The translations under genes and the position numbers were made by a program. Below, one piece after another: positions 26,588 through 36,581 of a stretch of DNA of 64,000 nucleotides (position 1 is the first letter of the stretch; each line of letters starts with the position of its first letter). The notes below the pieces were generated by a model. It was not told the DNA's origin, made no database searches, and saw only the letters and a program-made list of their open reading frames with translations. Origin of the DNA: Thermoplasmatota archaeon (GTDB lineage: Archaea > Thermoplasmatota > E2 > DHVEG-1); contig JALOTN010000006.1 in the NCBI GenBank assembly GCA_025457885.1, positions 5,635-69,634 on the forward strand, in the 5' to 3' direction.

Positions 26588-27637
26588 TCACTCCAAGAAC
26601 AGTAAGTTTGTCATTTTTGAATAGACTCCATAATCAACGTATTCTTTATCTGCGACCAGTTCAGCGACAGAGGGTGCTTTTTCTCGAGCGAGTCGTTTGA
26701 TGTTCTCCGTGACGGTCATATCGAACCCATCGCTTCCTGCGCCAGAGCCATAACTGGTCATGAAAATCCGGTCCCCTGGTTTTGCGACGTCTAGAACTGA
26801 GGCAAGACCAATCATTGAGGCACCAGAATACGTATTACCGATATAGGGGACCATGAGTCCTTGTTTGACTTGATCCATGGTAAAACCCAGTTTCTTTGCC
26901 ACATTGACGGGGAATTTCCCGTTTGGCTGATGGAAGATCGCATAGGTGTAATCCTGTGGTTTTGTACATGCCGTGGTCATCAGATTGTTGGCACAGTTCA
27001 TGATATGTTTAAAATAGGCTGGTTCTCCCGTGAAACGTCCTCCATGGGAAGGGTATTTCATCTCCGCTCTTCTCCAGAAATCCGGGGTATCCGTCGTATA
27101 GGAGAGGGTATGGTTAATGGTGGCAATCACATTGGTTTTTCCGATGATGAAGCCTGCACCACCAGCAGAGGCAGAATATTCTAAGGCGTCTCCGGGTGCT
27201 GCTTGGGAGGTATCCGCTCCGATTGCTACTCCGTATTTGATCATCCCTGCTTTGACAAAGGCCAGGCAGGTTTGAATTGCAGCAGTCCCTGCTTTACAGG
27301 CGAATTCATAGTCAGCGACCATAAGGTCCGGGGTGGCTCCGATTGCCTCTCCAACGATGGTCCCTGTTGGTTTGACCGCATAGGGGTGTGATTCACTCCC
27401 GACGTAGATAGCACCAATCTGTGATGGATCAAGGGTGCATCTTTTTAAGGCGTGTCGTATCGCTTCGACTGCGATGGTTGCAGTATCCTGATCGACAGAG
27501 GGGACTGATTTTTCAAAAATCCCAAGTCCTCGGCTGATTGCGTCTCCGTCTTTTCCCCATACTTTTGCGATGACTTCTGCTTTGATACGGTAGCGTGGAA
27601 TGTGTGCCCCGTAACTGACGATTCCGATTTCTTCCAT
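26588..27637 (-). CDS. hydroxymethylglutaryl-CoA synthase
   Basis: 349 aa with archaeal HMGS motifs ([12 protein letters not shown], the catalytic Cys in EFACKAGT, and HQPNGKFP). Confidence 0.8.
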   Translation of the reverse strand: MEEIGIVSYGAHIPRYRIKAEVIAKVWGKDGDAISRGLGIFEKSVPSVDQDTATIAVEAIRHALKRCTLDPSQIGAIYVGSESHPYAVKPTGTIVGEAIGATPDLMVADYEFACKAGTAAIQTCLAFVKAGMIKYGVAIGADTSQAAPGDALEYSASAGGAGFIIGKTNVIATINHTLSYTTDTPDFWRRAEMKYPSHGGRFTGEPAYFKHIMNCANNLMTTACTKPQDYTYAIFHQPNGKFPVNVAKKLGFTMDQVKQGLMVPYIGNTYSGASMIGLASVLDVAKPGDRIFMTSYGSGAGSDGFDMTVTENIKRLAREKAPSVAELVADKEYVDYGVYSKMTNLLFLE

Positions 27638-27719
27638 GGTGAATCCAGCAAAAGCACAAACTAAAAAGACTACTTAAAAGTGCCGATTATTGTTCGACAA
27701 TTGACGAAATAAAATTGGT

Positions 27720-28616
27720 TTATCCGGAGAGGGTAATCTTCTTTCCACCTTTGAGTGCTTCTACGGATTGTTCTGCGACTTTCTCGAGTTTTTCGCTGTC
27801 CATGAGTTCCTTGCGTGCTTTGAGGTTCTGATTGCGGAGGATTTCCCGGTTTTCTTGGAAGCGTTGCATCCGTTCTTTTTTCACGGTCACAATCTTGGAT
27901 CGCATCTCGAGGGCTTTCTCATGGTTGCTTTGAGCTTCCTCTCTGACTTCGATGTATTTTTTATGTTTCTTATTGGCTTCACCGATGAGCGTGGCGATCT
28001 CATTGACTATTTTTTTGTATTCCTCATGTTTCTGTTGACTCTCATTGTAGTATTTCTGGACTTTTTCATGTTCTGTGTCTGCTTTTTTGAATAATTCTGT
28101 GATTGCTTTATCGGTGTCGGTAAGATCGACTTCTATGAGTTGTTGTTTTTCCATTTGTTTTTTTACTTCGTTGTATTCTTTTCGTTTTTGTTTGATGCGT
28201 TCGATCAGTTTGTTTTCCTTACGGGTGTCCAGGATGGTTGTCTCCTGTTCGTATTCCATCATTTGGATGTCTGCTTTGATTTCCTCTACTCGGAGCGGTA
28301 GGTTTTTTACGACATCCCCTTTTTTCTTTCGTTTCGCGTCAATAAGCTCTTTTGCCTGCTGTTGATACTGGTTCCTCTTCTCCTTGTGTTCCTTCATCTT
28401 TGCAACGAGTTTTTCCCGTTCTTTTTTGACTTTGTCCATGTCGGTTTTGAGTTCTTTGCGTTTATCATTGAGCATGTCTCGTTCGTCTCTGAACTGTTTT
28501 GCGACCTGGTTGAGCTCGTTACGCTTCTCGATGAGGCTTTGGTATTTCTTCTCTGCATTTTTTAGTTGCTCAAGGTCTTCTTTCTTTGTCGTTTCTTTAT
28601 CGCTCACAAGAGACAC
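27720..28616 (-). CDS. archaeal coiled-coil protein (COG1340-like), paralogue
   Basis: 298 aa with heptad K/E-rich repeats, the same family as 18020..18892. Confidence 0.6.
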   Translation of the reverse strand: MSLVSDKETTKKEDLEQLKNAEKKYQSLIEKRNELNQVAKQFRDERDMLNDKRKELKTDMDKVKKEREKLVAKMKEHKEKRNQYQQQAKELIDAKRKKKGDVVKNLPLRVEEIKADIQMMEYEQETTILDTRKENKLIERIKQKRKEYNEVKKQMEKQQLIEVDLTDTDKAITELFKKADTEHEKVQKYYNESQQKHEEYKKIVNEIATLIGEANKKHKKYIEVREEAQSNHEKALEMRSKIVTVKKERMQRFQENREILRNQNLKARKELMDSEKLEKVAEQSVEALKGGKKITLSG

Positions 28617-28657
28617 CCTTTTTCGAATACCGAATTATTCTCCCATTATAAGGTTTA

Positions 28658-31486
28658 CTACTGCTCTTTTACGCGTATCCGAACCTGGTTTTTACCTTTT
28701 TCCGCTATCCAGGGGATTTGGATATCAGCGATATTTCCAGCAGGCAGCGTGACTTCAACCTTGTTCTTCTGTTTTCCGTTGAGGTAGAAAAAGACTTTCA
28801 CGTTTCGTGCTGGGATGGTTCCATTGTTCGTCAGAGTAAAGGAGGTGATCACCTTTTCACCAGGGTTGAATGCTGTTGGCCAGTGGGACACGTTTTCGAG
28901 TGCAAGAAGGGTTGTTCCTTCTTTCATCGTGGTGACCAGATCGACGGATTCCTTCTTCTTTTTCCCGATTTTATTTGCAGACAGGGTCACTTGTGTCCAG
29001 TCTTTTGGTGCTGCAGCATCGGTGGGGGTGACGGTGACATGTATCGTTTTTGATGTTTTTCCTTCGAGTTCGACGGTGGTTGGTTCTATTGATAGTCCCC
29101 ATTTATTTTCTGGGCCGGTCTGGTGTGCAGATATTTCATAGGTCTGTGCTTTTTTAAAGGGGTTTTCAATGGTGATTTCGTAGTCGGCGTTTTGGGTTGA
29201 ATCGATTTCTTTAATCCGGTCTGTGCAGATGATTCGAACAGGTTTTGAGGTGAACACGATAGCTAGAATGATGATGAAGAATAAAATGATTACGACCAGG
29301 AGTATTAAAAGAACGTATTTTCCATCCTCAATGAAACCACCGCCGATAACATTGACCGTGATTTCGATGGTGGTGGTGGCCTCTGTGCTGCTGTCAGAGG
29401 TGACGGTGATGGTGATGGTGTCGGTTTTTTCGGTGGTGTTCTTGGGGACTTCGATGAGGACTTTGGCTTCGTTTGGTTTGCTGGTGTCCCCAATGCCGAG
29501 GTTTCTGATGGATTCTTGCGGGATGAGTTTCCAGTCGTTCTTGGATGCTACGGTGATGGTGTAGCTGTCGACATCATCAACTGCGCCCGTGTTTTTGTTT
29601 TTTACGACGAAGTAGAAGAAACGGTTTTCCCCTTTGCTGATGTTAATGGTGGGAGAGTACCCAAGTATTTCAACGTCATAGGTGATTGCTTCTTCGGAGA
29701 TTTCCCCCGTGACTGTTTGACGGGCGATACCGGTGTTTCCTGAAATTACGATTAATAGGTCGATGATGCTGCCGTAGGCTTCTTTGAGGGTATTGGTGGA
29801 ATTGACGTAGACCGGTATGAGTGCATAGCTTCCAGCGGAGACGCTGACTGAATCAGGCATTGAGAATGCCCATGCACCGGTTTTTCCCCGTTCAATGATG
29901 TGTACCTGTAGGGAATCTGCTTTTTTACTACTGATGTTAATGAGGTACTGTATGCTACCACCGGGGATGATTCTTCCTTCGGGGGGTGTGGTGGTGAAGC
30001 TATTTATCTGGATGTTTTGGGTCTCTTCGTATCGGACTCTGAGCAGTGAGGGGGATTGGCTGGATGGAGCTTGCAGATATAAGGGGGTGATAACAGTTTT
30101 AGTCCCATTGCTCAACGCGATCCCAAGGGAGAGTTTCGAACCATAGGTGATTTCTTTGTCCACCCCCGTGAAATTGAAAACAACGGGGATGATTTTCTTT
30201 CGCAGGAATCCTTGAAGGTCTTTCTTCGTGAGTTGTTTCTCGGAAGTAGCGATGGTGGTGTTTGTCTCATCATATAACGTAACGATAACACCGACTTTCA
30301 GAGGTATAAGACAAAGGGTTCTGGTGAAGTACAGCTCTGCGGTGACATCCTTGATTTTTAGGATCTTGTTTCGTTCCAATCCCTGATCGTTCGTCCAGAT
30401 GGTCGGGGTGGTGGTAATCTTGGCTTTTGAGGCATTCCCCTCTTGTTGTATGTCACTCATCAGTTGGTTGGAGCCTAGGTAGTAAATGCGGATGTCATCC
30501 TTGGAGATTTTTCCGGGGATGGAGACAGACGAGGGGTGTTGGGCGGAGTTGTAAATGAGGGAGGTGGACCGCATCGCGTTGATGATTTTTGCAAAATCCT
30601 CTGATGTGATGTTCGTGAGGGTTTCTTTGGCCATGGAGATGAGGTCTTTGATGGTTGTCCCAAGGGTTTGGAGTTTTGCTAGGTTGCTGCGGTTCTCAAG
30701 CCAGTTTCCTCGTTTCTCCCATCGAGCGAGGAACTTGTTTACATCGACGTATTTGGTGATTAGTGTGGGGAGAGTCTTGTTACTGGGGATGATTTCAACG
30801 CTGAAGAGGAGGCTGTCTCCCTGGGTGAGCGTGTTGGAGACATCAGGGATGGTTATCTGTTGTTTGTAGACGCCGCTGAAGAGTTTGGGCGTCAGCAGTT
30901 GGGTGGTGTTCGCTATTTTTTTGGGGATGGGAAAGGCTGATTCCATGTTGATGGTGTAGAGGGATACCGAGACTTGGTCCCGGAATTTCTTTAGGGTGAC
31001 ATCTGAGGAGAAAAACAGGTTGTAGACGATGTCTCCTGAGATGGTCACCGGTTCGGTCCCATTATACGTGTATCCTTCGACGACTCGGAGCGGATGTGGG
31101 AGGAAGAGTTCGAAGCCTTCGAAACCAGGGATTTCACTAAAGTTGAATTCGGGGAATAAAGCGAGGAGCCAGGAGGTGAACCAGACGAGGATTTCGTCGG
31201 TGTTCGGGCTGGGGATCGGGAGTCTTTTAGAGGCATTTACTATGAGAAGATCAGGGGGGTACTTAGAATCCTTTTGACTTGTCGGCGGGTATTCTGACAG
31301 GGTGATAAAGCCATATTCAGAATAGTTTTCATCTTCCATAAGTGAAAGAGCATTGGTGAAATAAAGAGTGGTTCGTCCGGTGGATTCTTCTGCTCTGACG
31401 GATGGATTCATAAATGCTGGAAAGAGGATTCCACTGAATAGGATGTATAGGACACAGAGTACTTGGAGCGCTTTGTGCGCTAGCAT
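28658..31486 (-). CDS. large surface protein with signal peptide, internal TM segment and C-terminal CARDB-like beta-sandwich repeats
   Basis: 942 aa with a signal peptide (MLAHKALQVLCVLYILFSGILFPAFMNPSVRA). A TM helix (VLLILLVVIILFFIIILAIVF) sits about 230 aa from the C-terminus. The tail has CARDB-like patterns (FTLTNNGTIPARNVKVFFYLNG). Confidence 0.55.
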   Translation of the reverse strand: MLAHKALQVLCVLYILFSGILFPAFMNPSVRAEESTGRTTLYFTNALSLMEDENYSEYGFITLSEYPPTSQKDSKYPPDLLIVNASKRLPIPSPNTDEILVWFTSWLLALFPEFNFSEIPGFEGFELFLPHPLRVVEGYTYNGTEPVTISGDIVYNLFFSSDVTLKKFRDQVSVSLYTINMESAFPIPKKIANTTQLLTPKLFSGVYKQQITIPDVSNTLTQGDSLLFSVEIIPSNKTLPTLITKYVDVNKFLARWEKRGNWLENRSNLAKLQTLGTTIKDLISMAKETLTNITSEDFAKIINAMRSTSLIYNSAQHPSSVSIPGKISKDDIRIYYLGSNQLMSDIQQEGNASKAKITTTPTIWTNDQGLERNKILKIKDVTAELYFTRTLCLIPLKVGVIVTLYDETNTTIATSEKQLTKKDLQGFLRKKIIPVVFNFTGVDKEITYGSKLSLGIALSNGTKTVITPLYLQAPSSQSPSLLRVRYEETQNIQINSFTTTPPEGRIIPGGSIQYLINISSKKADSLQVHIIERGKTGAWAFSMPDSVSVSAGSYALIPVYVNSTNTLKEAYGSIIDLLIVISGNTGIARQTVTGEISEEAITYDVEILGYSPTINISKGENRFFYFVVKNKNTGAVDDVDSYTITVASKNDWKLIPQESIRNLGIGDTSKPNEAKVLIEVPKNTTEKTDTITITVTSDSSTEATTTIEITVNVIGGGFIEDGKYVLLILLVVIILFFIIILAIVFTSKPVRIICTDRIKEIDSTQNADYEITIENPFKKAQTYEISAHQTGPENKWGLSIEPTTVELEGKTSKTIHVTVTPTDAAAPKDWTQVTLSANKIGKKKKESVDLVTTMKEGTTLLALENVSHWPTAFNPGEKVITSFTLTNNGTIPARNVKVFFYLNGKQKNKVEVTLPAGNIADIQIPWIAEKGKNQVRIRVKEQ

Positions 31487-31646
31487 ATCTTCTCAACCTC
31501 GATAGTAACTATCTATCTTATTATTATATAAATCTTTGTTTACAACACTTACCATCTTTGTTAAATTATAATAAGATATATATTTAATAACATTATGGGT
31601 GCGGATTTCTCTGTAAAAACAGATGAAAATTTTGAAAAAAACGTCA

Positions 31647-33164
31647 TTAGAGCAACGGGGTTTTCCGTAACCAGTCAAGGTCACTGATATACAAACTACG
31701 GATATCTGTCAATCCATAACGAAGCATCGCAAGTCGCTCCAGGCCAAGTCCCCAGGCGAGCACCGGGTTTTTCACACCAACCGGTTCAGTCACCTCTGGT
31801 CTGAAGATACCACTGCCTCCCAGCTCCATCCATTTCCCGTTCCAGAACACCTCGACTTCCATGCTTGGTTCAGTATAGGGGAAATATCCAGGTCGGAACC
31901 TGATTTTCTCAAACCCCATCCGGCGATAAAACTCCTTAAGTATCCCAATCAACTGCTTGAAATTCGCTTTCTCCTCATAAATAATCCCTTCGATTTGGTA
32001 GAACTCTGGGAGATGGGTCGTATCAATATCCTCGTTCCTGAACACCCTTTCCAAAGAGAACACCTTGCAGGGAGGCTGCGGATGGTGATACAAGTATCTG
32101 ATCGTATTGACCGTCGTATGGGTACGGAGCAATGCACGTTCCCCCTCTGTTTTCGAAAAGGTGCTCCCCCAACCTGTCGACCCGGTAGTGCCCCCATTCT
32201 CATGGACCAAAGCAACCTCTTGAACCAGCTGTTGGTCCTGAATCGGTACACTTTTAGGGACTTTACAGTAAAAGGTATCCTGCATCTCACGAGCAGGGTG
32301 ATCCTGTGGGATGAACAGGACATCCATATTCCAGAAACAGGACTCAACATAATCCCCTTGTATCTCCTGAAACCCCATCTCCACGAAGATCTGACGAATC
32401 TCTGAGATCAAATGAACCAAGGGATGTGCTTTCCCACCATACACGGCGGGGGCAAACGCATGAATATCATAGGGTCTAATGGCCTTCTGCATCCATTCAT
32501 TGTTCTTGATGATTGCACTGGTGACCTGTGTGATTTCTTCCTGTATCTCAAAACCCTTCTCCAGGATCTTCTTTCCATCATCGGTTAAAATGATGACGCT
32601 GGTGATCAAGTCTTTTTCTTTGATGACGTTCTTACGTGACGCCAACGGTTTAATGGTATTTTTCTCGATTTCCTGCTCTGGATGCTCATGGAGCTGTTGG
32701 AGCAGGGTTTCTTCCGCGGTGACCTCAGAAAGAGCAGTTTTCCCTTTCTCCGTGATTTCAATGATGGTTTCTTGTTCCTTTTTTATCGTCGCCCAACCGT
32801 TGGTCTTCAGCCATCCGATGGCGACTGGGATTTCATCTCCGTCTAGGAACCCGGAGAGCTCCTTTAAAGACAGAATCCCATTTCTTTGCGATAACATCTG
32901 AAGCGCTCGTCGCTCCGGGAGACCTTTTTCAACAAACCGTTTCCCTTCTTTCCCCAGGGAATACACTGTTCTCATATGATTCTCGACCAGCACCAGTTTT
33001 TTCGACTGAAGCCAGGAGGATGCATTGGCAATCTCGACCTCTTGGGTGAACTGTCCGGTCCTGAAAATATCCGCCGGGGAGCCTTTCCCCTGCAGTGTTT
33101 TCAATGCAAGGAGCACTTTTTTTTCGCTGAGGGAAAGTTCCCTGATGCTTTTTTCTATCTCCAT
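31647..33164 (-). CDS. pheS: phenylalanine--tRNA ligase alpha subunit (archaeal long form)
   Basis: 505 aa with N-terminal winged-helix repeats and a class II core (FRPGYFPYTEPS, GWGLGLERLAM). Confidence 0.85.
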   Translation of the reverse strand: MEIEKSIRELSLSEKKVLLALKTLQGKGSPADIFRTGQFTQEVEIANASSWLQSKKLVLVENHMRTVYSLGKEGKRFVEKGLPERRALQMLSQRNGILSLKELSGFLDGDEIPVAIGWLKTNGWATIKKEQETIIEITEKGKTALSEVTAEETLLQQLHEHPEQEIEKNTIKPLASRKNVIKEKDLITSVIILTDDGKKILEKGFEIQEEITQVTSAIIKNNEWMQKAIRPYDIHAFAPAVYGGKAHPLVHLISEIRQIFVEMGFQEIQGDYVESCFWNMDVLFIPQDHPAREMQDTFYCKVPKSVPIQDQQLVQEVALVHENGGTTGSTGWGSTFSKTEGERALLRTHTTVNTIRYLYHHPQPPCKVFSLERVFRNEDIDTTHLPEFYQIEGIIYEEKANFKQLIGILKEFYRRMGFEKIRFRPGYFPYTEPSMEVEVFWNGKWMELGGSGIFRPEVTEPVGVKNPVLAWGLGLERLAMLRYGLTDIRSLYISDLDWLRKTPLL

Positions 33165-33273
33165 TAGAACCTGAAATTCACTTGCTACGTATTAAGATGT
33201 CGATACAGTTGTGGTGATGAGAAAAAATTATAAAACACTAGTCATTCATTGGTTCATCTATGGGGCGTATCCT

Positions 33274-33678
33274 ATGATTGGAAAGTTACCAGACGACATC
33301 TTACAGGCCATTTTAGAGACTATCCCTCTTGAATTTTCCGTGATTGATAAAAACGAAAAGGTTCTTGCATGGAATAAACACACGACCCGTATTTTCAAAC
33401 GACCCGAAGCTGTCGTTGGTCGGGATGTGCGCAACTGTCATCCAAAGAAAAGCCTTGGTAAGGTTGAACAGATACTTGAGGAGATGAAAGCAGGGAAACG
33501 AGAGAAAGCACGTTTCTACATCGATCTCTCATTGGGGCCGAACCAGGAGAAACAGAAAGTCCTGATTGAATATTATGCTTTACGGGATTCGAACGGGAAG
33601 TACTTGGGGTGTCTGGAAGCCTCGCAGAATATCGCGGAGCTGCAAAGGCTCTCTGGAGAAAAACGCTTAGTTGATTAG
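33274..33678 (+). CDS. PAS-domain protein (sensor module only)
   Basis: About 135 aa from the ATG at 33274, with TATA AAATTATAAAAC about 40 nt upstream. PAS-like core (FSVIDKNEKVLAWNK...GRDVRNCHP). Confidence 0.5.
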   Translation: MIGKLPDDILQAILETIPLEFSVIDKNEKVLAWNKHTTRIFKRPEAVVGRDVRNCHPKKSLGKVEQILEEMKAGKREKARFYIDLSLGPNQEKQKVLIEYYALRDSNGKYLGCLEASQNIAELQRLSGEKRLVD

Positions 33679-33959
33679 GGACGCAGCAGTATCTCAAGGT
33701 CCAAGAGGAACAGTTTTTGGATCCATTCCCTGCAGGATTGCTTGTGTTTTTCACGATTCCGGCCTTTTACGATCATATGAGTCCGATGCGGTAGCGGGAT
33801 GCAGATCATCCCATTGATGTGATGCATGTCGACGCTTCTGACATCATATCGAGGGAAGGGGTTGTCGAACAAGGGGAGATACCCAAGATTCCTTTTCTTG
33901 AACCGAGCTTTTCGATTTGCTTCGGGATACGTATATTTCTTCTTGGAATTTCTCCTCAT
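33675..33959 (-). CDS. small basic hypothetical protein with degenerate HNH-like motif
   Basis: 94 aa and K/R-rich. The motif DMHHINGM...CIPLPHRTH loosely resembles an HNH core. It overlaps the PAS gene end by 4 nt, convergently. The ORF may be spurious. Confidence 0.25.
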   Translation of the reverse strand: MRRNSKKKYTYPEANRKARFKKRNLGYLPLFDNPFPRYDVRSVDMHHINGMICIPLPHRTHMIVKGRNREKHKQSCREWIQKLFLLDLEILLRP

Positions 33960-34078
33960 TTACGTCCTCCTACCTTGTTCATCTAAGATGTGAAACATGT
34001 GCAATATCCATCCTCTCAATTATCCCGAATGTTGCAGGGGTGTATATATATGTATAATGAGGGTGATTGTAAGTATTA

Positions 34079-34090
34079 CGTTTTTATAGA
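34079..34090 (+). promoter_or_regulatory. TATA box of tRNA-Ile promoter
   Basis: CGTTTTTATAGA lies about 30-40 nt upstream of the mature tRNA 5' end, and a further AT-rich TATATATATGTATAAT sits upstream. Confidence 0.45.
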
Positions 34091-34119
34091 ACGAGCGTAT
34101 TACCCCTTTTCAACACCCG

Positions 34120-34194
34120 GGGCCCGTAGCTTAGATCGGTTGGAGCAACCGGCTGATAACCGGTAGGTCGAGAGTTCAAATCTCTCCGGGCCCA
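34120..34194 (+). tRNA. tRNA-Ile (anticodon GAT)
   Basis: A 7-bp acceptor stem GGGCCCG/CGGGCCC, the anticodon loop CUGAUAA, the T arm GAGAG-TTCAAAT-CTCTC, and discriminator A. CCA is not encoded. Confidence 0.85.
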
Positions 34195-34283
34195 CTTTGC
34201 TATCTTACAATAAATGATCAGATGATTATCGTGCACCATTCGTCTTTTTTGCTATTATCTATCATATATAGCAAAATGTACTA

Positions 34284-35585
34284 TTAACAGTGGAAATAGT
34301 ACTTGTAATCCTGGTCTGTGATCTCGCCCATGTAATGATGCCATTCTTGTGTCTTTGTGTCAATGAACAGTTCTGCACCATCCCGCCCGATCGCATCCAT
34401 CAACACAGAATCTTGCTTGAACTCCTCTAAAGCCTCCATGAGGTTCGTGGGGAGCCGCTGGATGTTGTTCTCTTTTATCTCCTGGTCAGTCATTTTGTAA
34501 ATGTTCTTGGTGATCGGCTCGTAGTTGATTTTCTTTTTAATCCCGTCTAACCCTGCATGGGTCAATGCGGCAAACAACAGGTAGGGATTTGCTGCTGGGT
34601 CTGCATTGCGAACCTCAACATCCACATTCTTTTTCGAAGGGATCCGTATGAGACTGCTGCGGTTATGTGGCGCCCACGCAAGATAGATAGGTGCCTCATA
34701 ATGCGGAATGAGCCGTTTATAGGAATTCAACGTAGGATTAGCAATAGCAGCAATCCCCCGGGAATGACTCAGAATGCCTCCGATGAAATACCGGGCGGTC
34801 TGATTCAACCCGAACGGGTCGTTTTCATCAACAAACATATTTTTTCCTTTATTATATAACGCAATATGCGCATGCATACCACTCCCTGCCTCGTTGGAGA
34901 ATGGTTTAGGCATGAACGTGATATCAAAATTATACTGTGTCGCGATGTCACGTGCGATATATTTAAAGAAACAACAGAAATCAGCGGCTGGAATGGCATC
35001 TAAATCTGTTATTTCGATTTCATGTTGCGATTTACCTGACTCATGATGATGATATTTCACCTCACATCCACAGTCCATCAACGCATCAGACAGCTTCTTT
35101 CGATAATCCTTCGCATTATCCAATGGTGGAGCGATGAAATACCCCTGATTCTCCTTAATCTCTGTGAACTTACTTTCATTATGGTTAAACACATAAAACT
35201 CGATCTCTGGGGAGATAAGGATGCTGTCAAACCCCTGGTTCTTTGAAAGCTCCACTGCCCGCTGGAGGATATACCGCGGTCCCGCACGGTACAGGTTCCC
35301 CTCGACATCGAACAGGTTCGCACGGATCAATGCCTCCCCTTCAAGATGGGGGAGCACCAAAAATGTTTCAGGGTCAGGGACCGCTATCATGTCTGAGCGT
35401 TCCACCTTCCGGAACCCCACGGAGGATCCATCGAACCGGGAGCCTTTACACAAGAGATTTTCTCTTAAAAAACGCACCGCTGGAACATGAAAGACCCGCA
35501 GTCCCCCCATCAGGTCAGTGAAATGAATCTGAATCCATCGGATATGATGACTTTCGATTTCTTTTTTTATCTGTTGCTGGTTCAT
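34284..35585 (-). CDS. glnA: glutamine synthetase (type I family)
   Basis: 433 aa with an N-terminal beta-grasp (IRWIQIHFTDLMGGLR) and catalytic-domain motifs (GSGMHAHIALY, NPYL). Confidence 0.75.
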   Translation of the reverse strand: MNQQQIKKEIESHHIRWIQIHFTDLMGGLRVFHVPAVRFLRENLLCKGSRFDGSSVGFRKVERSDMIAVPDPETFLVLPHLEGEALIRANLFDVEGNLYRAGPRYILQRAVELSKNQGFDSILISPEIEFYVFNHNESKFTEIKENQGYFIAPPLDNAKDYRKKLSDALMDCGCEVKYHHHESGKSQHEIEITDLDAIPAADFCCFFKYIARDIATQYNFDITFMPKPFSNEAGSGMHAHIALYNKGKNMFVDENDPFGLNQTARYFIGGILSHSRGIAAIANPTLNSYKRLIPHYEAPIYLAWAPHNRSSLIRIPSKKNVDVEVRNADPAANPYLLFAALTHAGLDGIKKKINYEPITKNIYKMTDQEIKENNIQRLPTNLMEALEEFKQDSVLMDAIGRDGAELFIDTKTQEWHHYMGEITDQDYKYYFHC

Positions 35586-35686
35586 GCGGACATTGAAACA
35601 GTACGTATTATAAATTTTTTATGGATATGGATTTCTGAGCAAATAAAAAAAGGAAATAATCTGATTTCCCAAAATGAGACGAGAGA

Positions 35687-36514
35687 ATGCTGAAACGAAA
35701 CAAAATCCACCACATGGATTGCCTCAAGGGAATCCCCCAGCTTCAAGACGCTTCGATAGATGTGATTGTGACCTCCCCGCCGTATAACATCGGAAAACCC
35801 TATCGCTCATATAATGATATCCGGCCACGGGATGAATACCTGACGTGGATGGAGACTATTGCGGCACACTGCGTCTCAAAACTCAAAGAGAACGGGTCGT
35901 TTTTCCTCAACGTGGGGGGAAAACCAACCGATCCCTGGATTGCGTTGGATATCGCCAGCAGATTCCGGAGCCATTATCTTTTACAGAACACGATCCATTG
36001 GATTAAATCCATCGCTATTCCAAAAGAAGACGTCGGAGACTACCCAGCGATTACTGATGACATCGCCGTAGGTCATTACCAGCCGGTGAACAGCAATCGA
36101 TACCTAAGCAATTGCCATGAGTACATCTTTCATTTCACCAAAACCGGTGCTGTTCCCATTGACCCCCTCGCGATAGGGGTGAAATACCAGGATAAAACCA
36201 ATATTGGTCGTTGGAAGAAAGCATCACAAGACCTCCGGGGGCGAGGCAACACTTGGTTCATCCCCTATGAGACCATCCGCTCCGCACGAGCCCATCCAAC
36301 GTTTTACCCAACAAAACTCCCTGAAATGTGCATCCGGCTTCATGGGATCCAAAAAGACATGCTCGTACTCGACCCGTTTATGGGGACTGGTTCGACCGCG
36401 CTTGCATGTCACCAGCTTGGGGTGGATTTCCTCGGTTTTGAGATCGACAAAACATACGTAGAAATCGCAGAACACTCCCTCAAAGGACAAGAAAGAAAAC
36501 ACAAACATCTTTGA
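35687..36514 (+). CDS. beta-class DNA methyltransferase (N4-cytosine or N6-adenine), orphan
   Basis: 275 aa with motif IV SPPY near the N-terminus ([10 protein letters not shown]) and motif I FxGxG near the C-terminus ([15 protein letters not shown]). Confidence 0.75.
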   Translation: MLKRNKIHHMDCLKGIPQLQDASIDVIVTSPPYNIGKPYRSYNDIRPRDEYLTWMETIAAHCVSKLKENGSFFLNVGGKPTDPWIALDIASRFRSHYLLQNTIHWIKSIAIPKEDVGDYPAITDDIAVGHYQPVNSNRYLSNCHEYIFHFTKTGAVPIDPLAIGVKYQDKTNIGRWKKASQDLRGRGNTWFIPYETIRSARAHPTFYPTKLPEMCIRLHGIQKDMLVLDPFMGTGSTALACHQLGVDFLGFEIDKTYVEIAEHSLKGQERKHKHL

Positions 36515-36581
36515 TGAAACACATTGGTGTTGCAGAACCCTGTTGTTTTTAATACCTCCGTAGTATAGCAGGGACGTATCT

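Noticed and set aside
27768-28787. Five plus-strand ORFs (67-122 aa) inside the second coiled-coil gene
   Set aside because: Same reason: antisense low-complexity translations of a K/E-rich coiled-coil gene.
35221-35521. Two roughly 90-aa plus-strand ORFs
   Set aside because: They are antisense within glnA.
33960-36514. Integrated mobile element or RM island at tRNA-Ile (tRNA + HNH-like ORF + DNA MTase)
   Set aside because: No integrase, recombinase or transposase was found, no direct repeat of the tRNA 3' end was noticed, and glnA sits between the components. It is treated as an orphan MTase instead.
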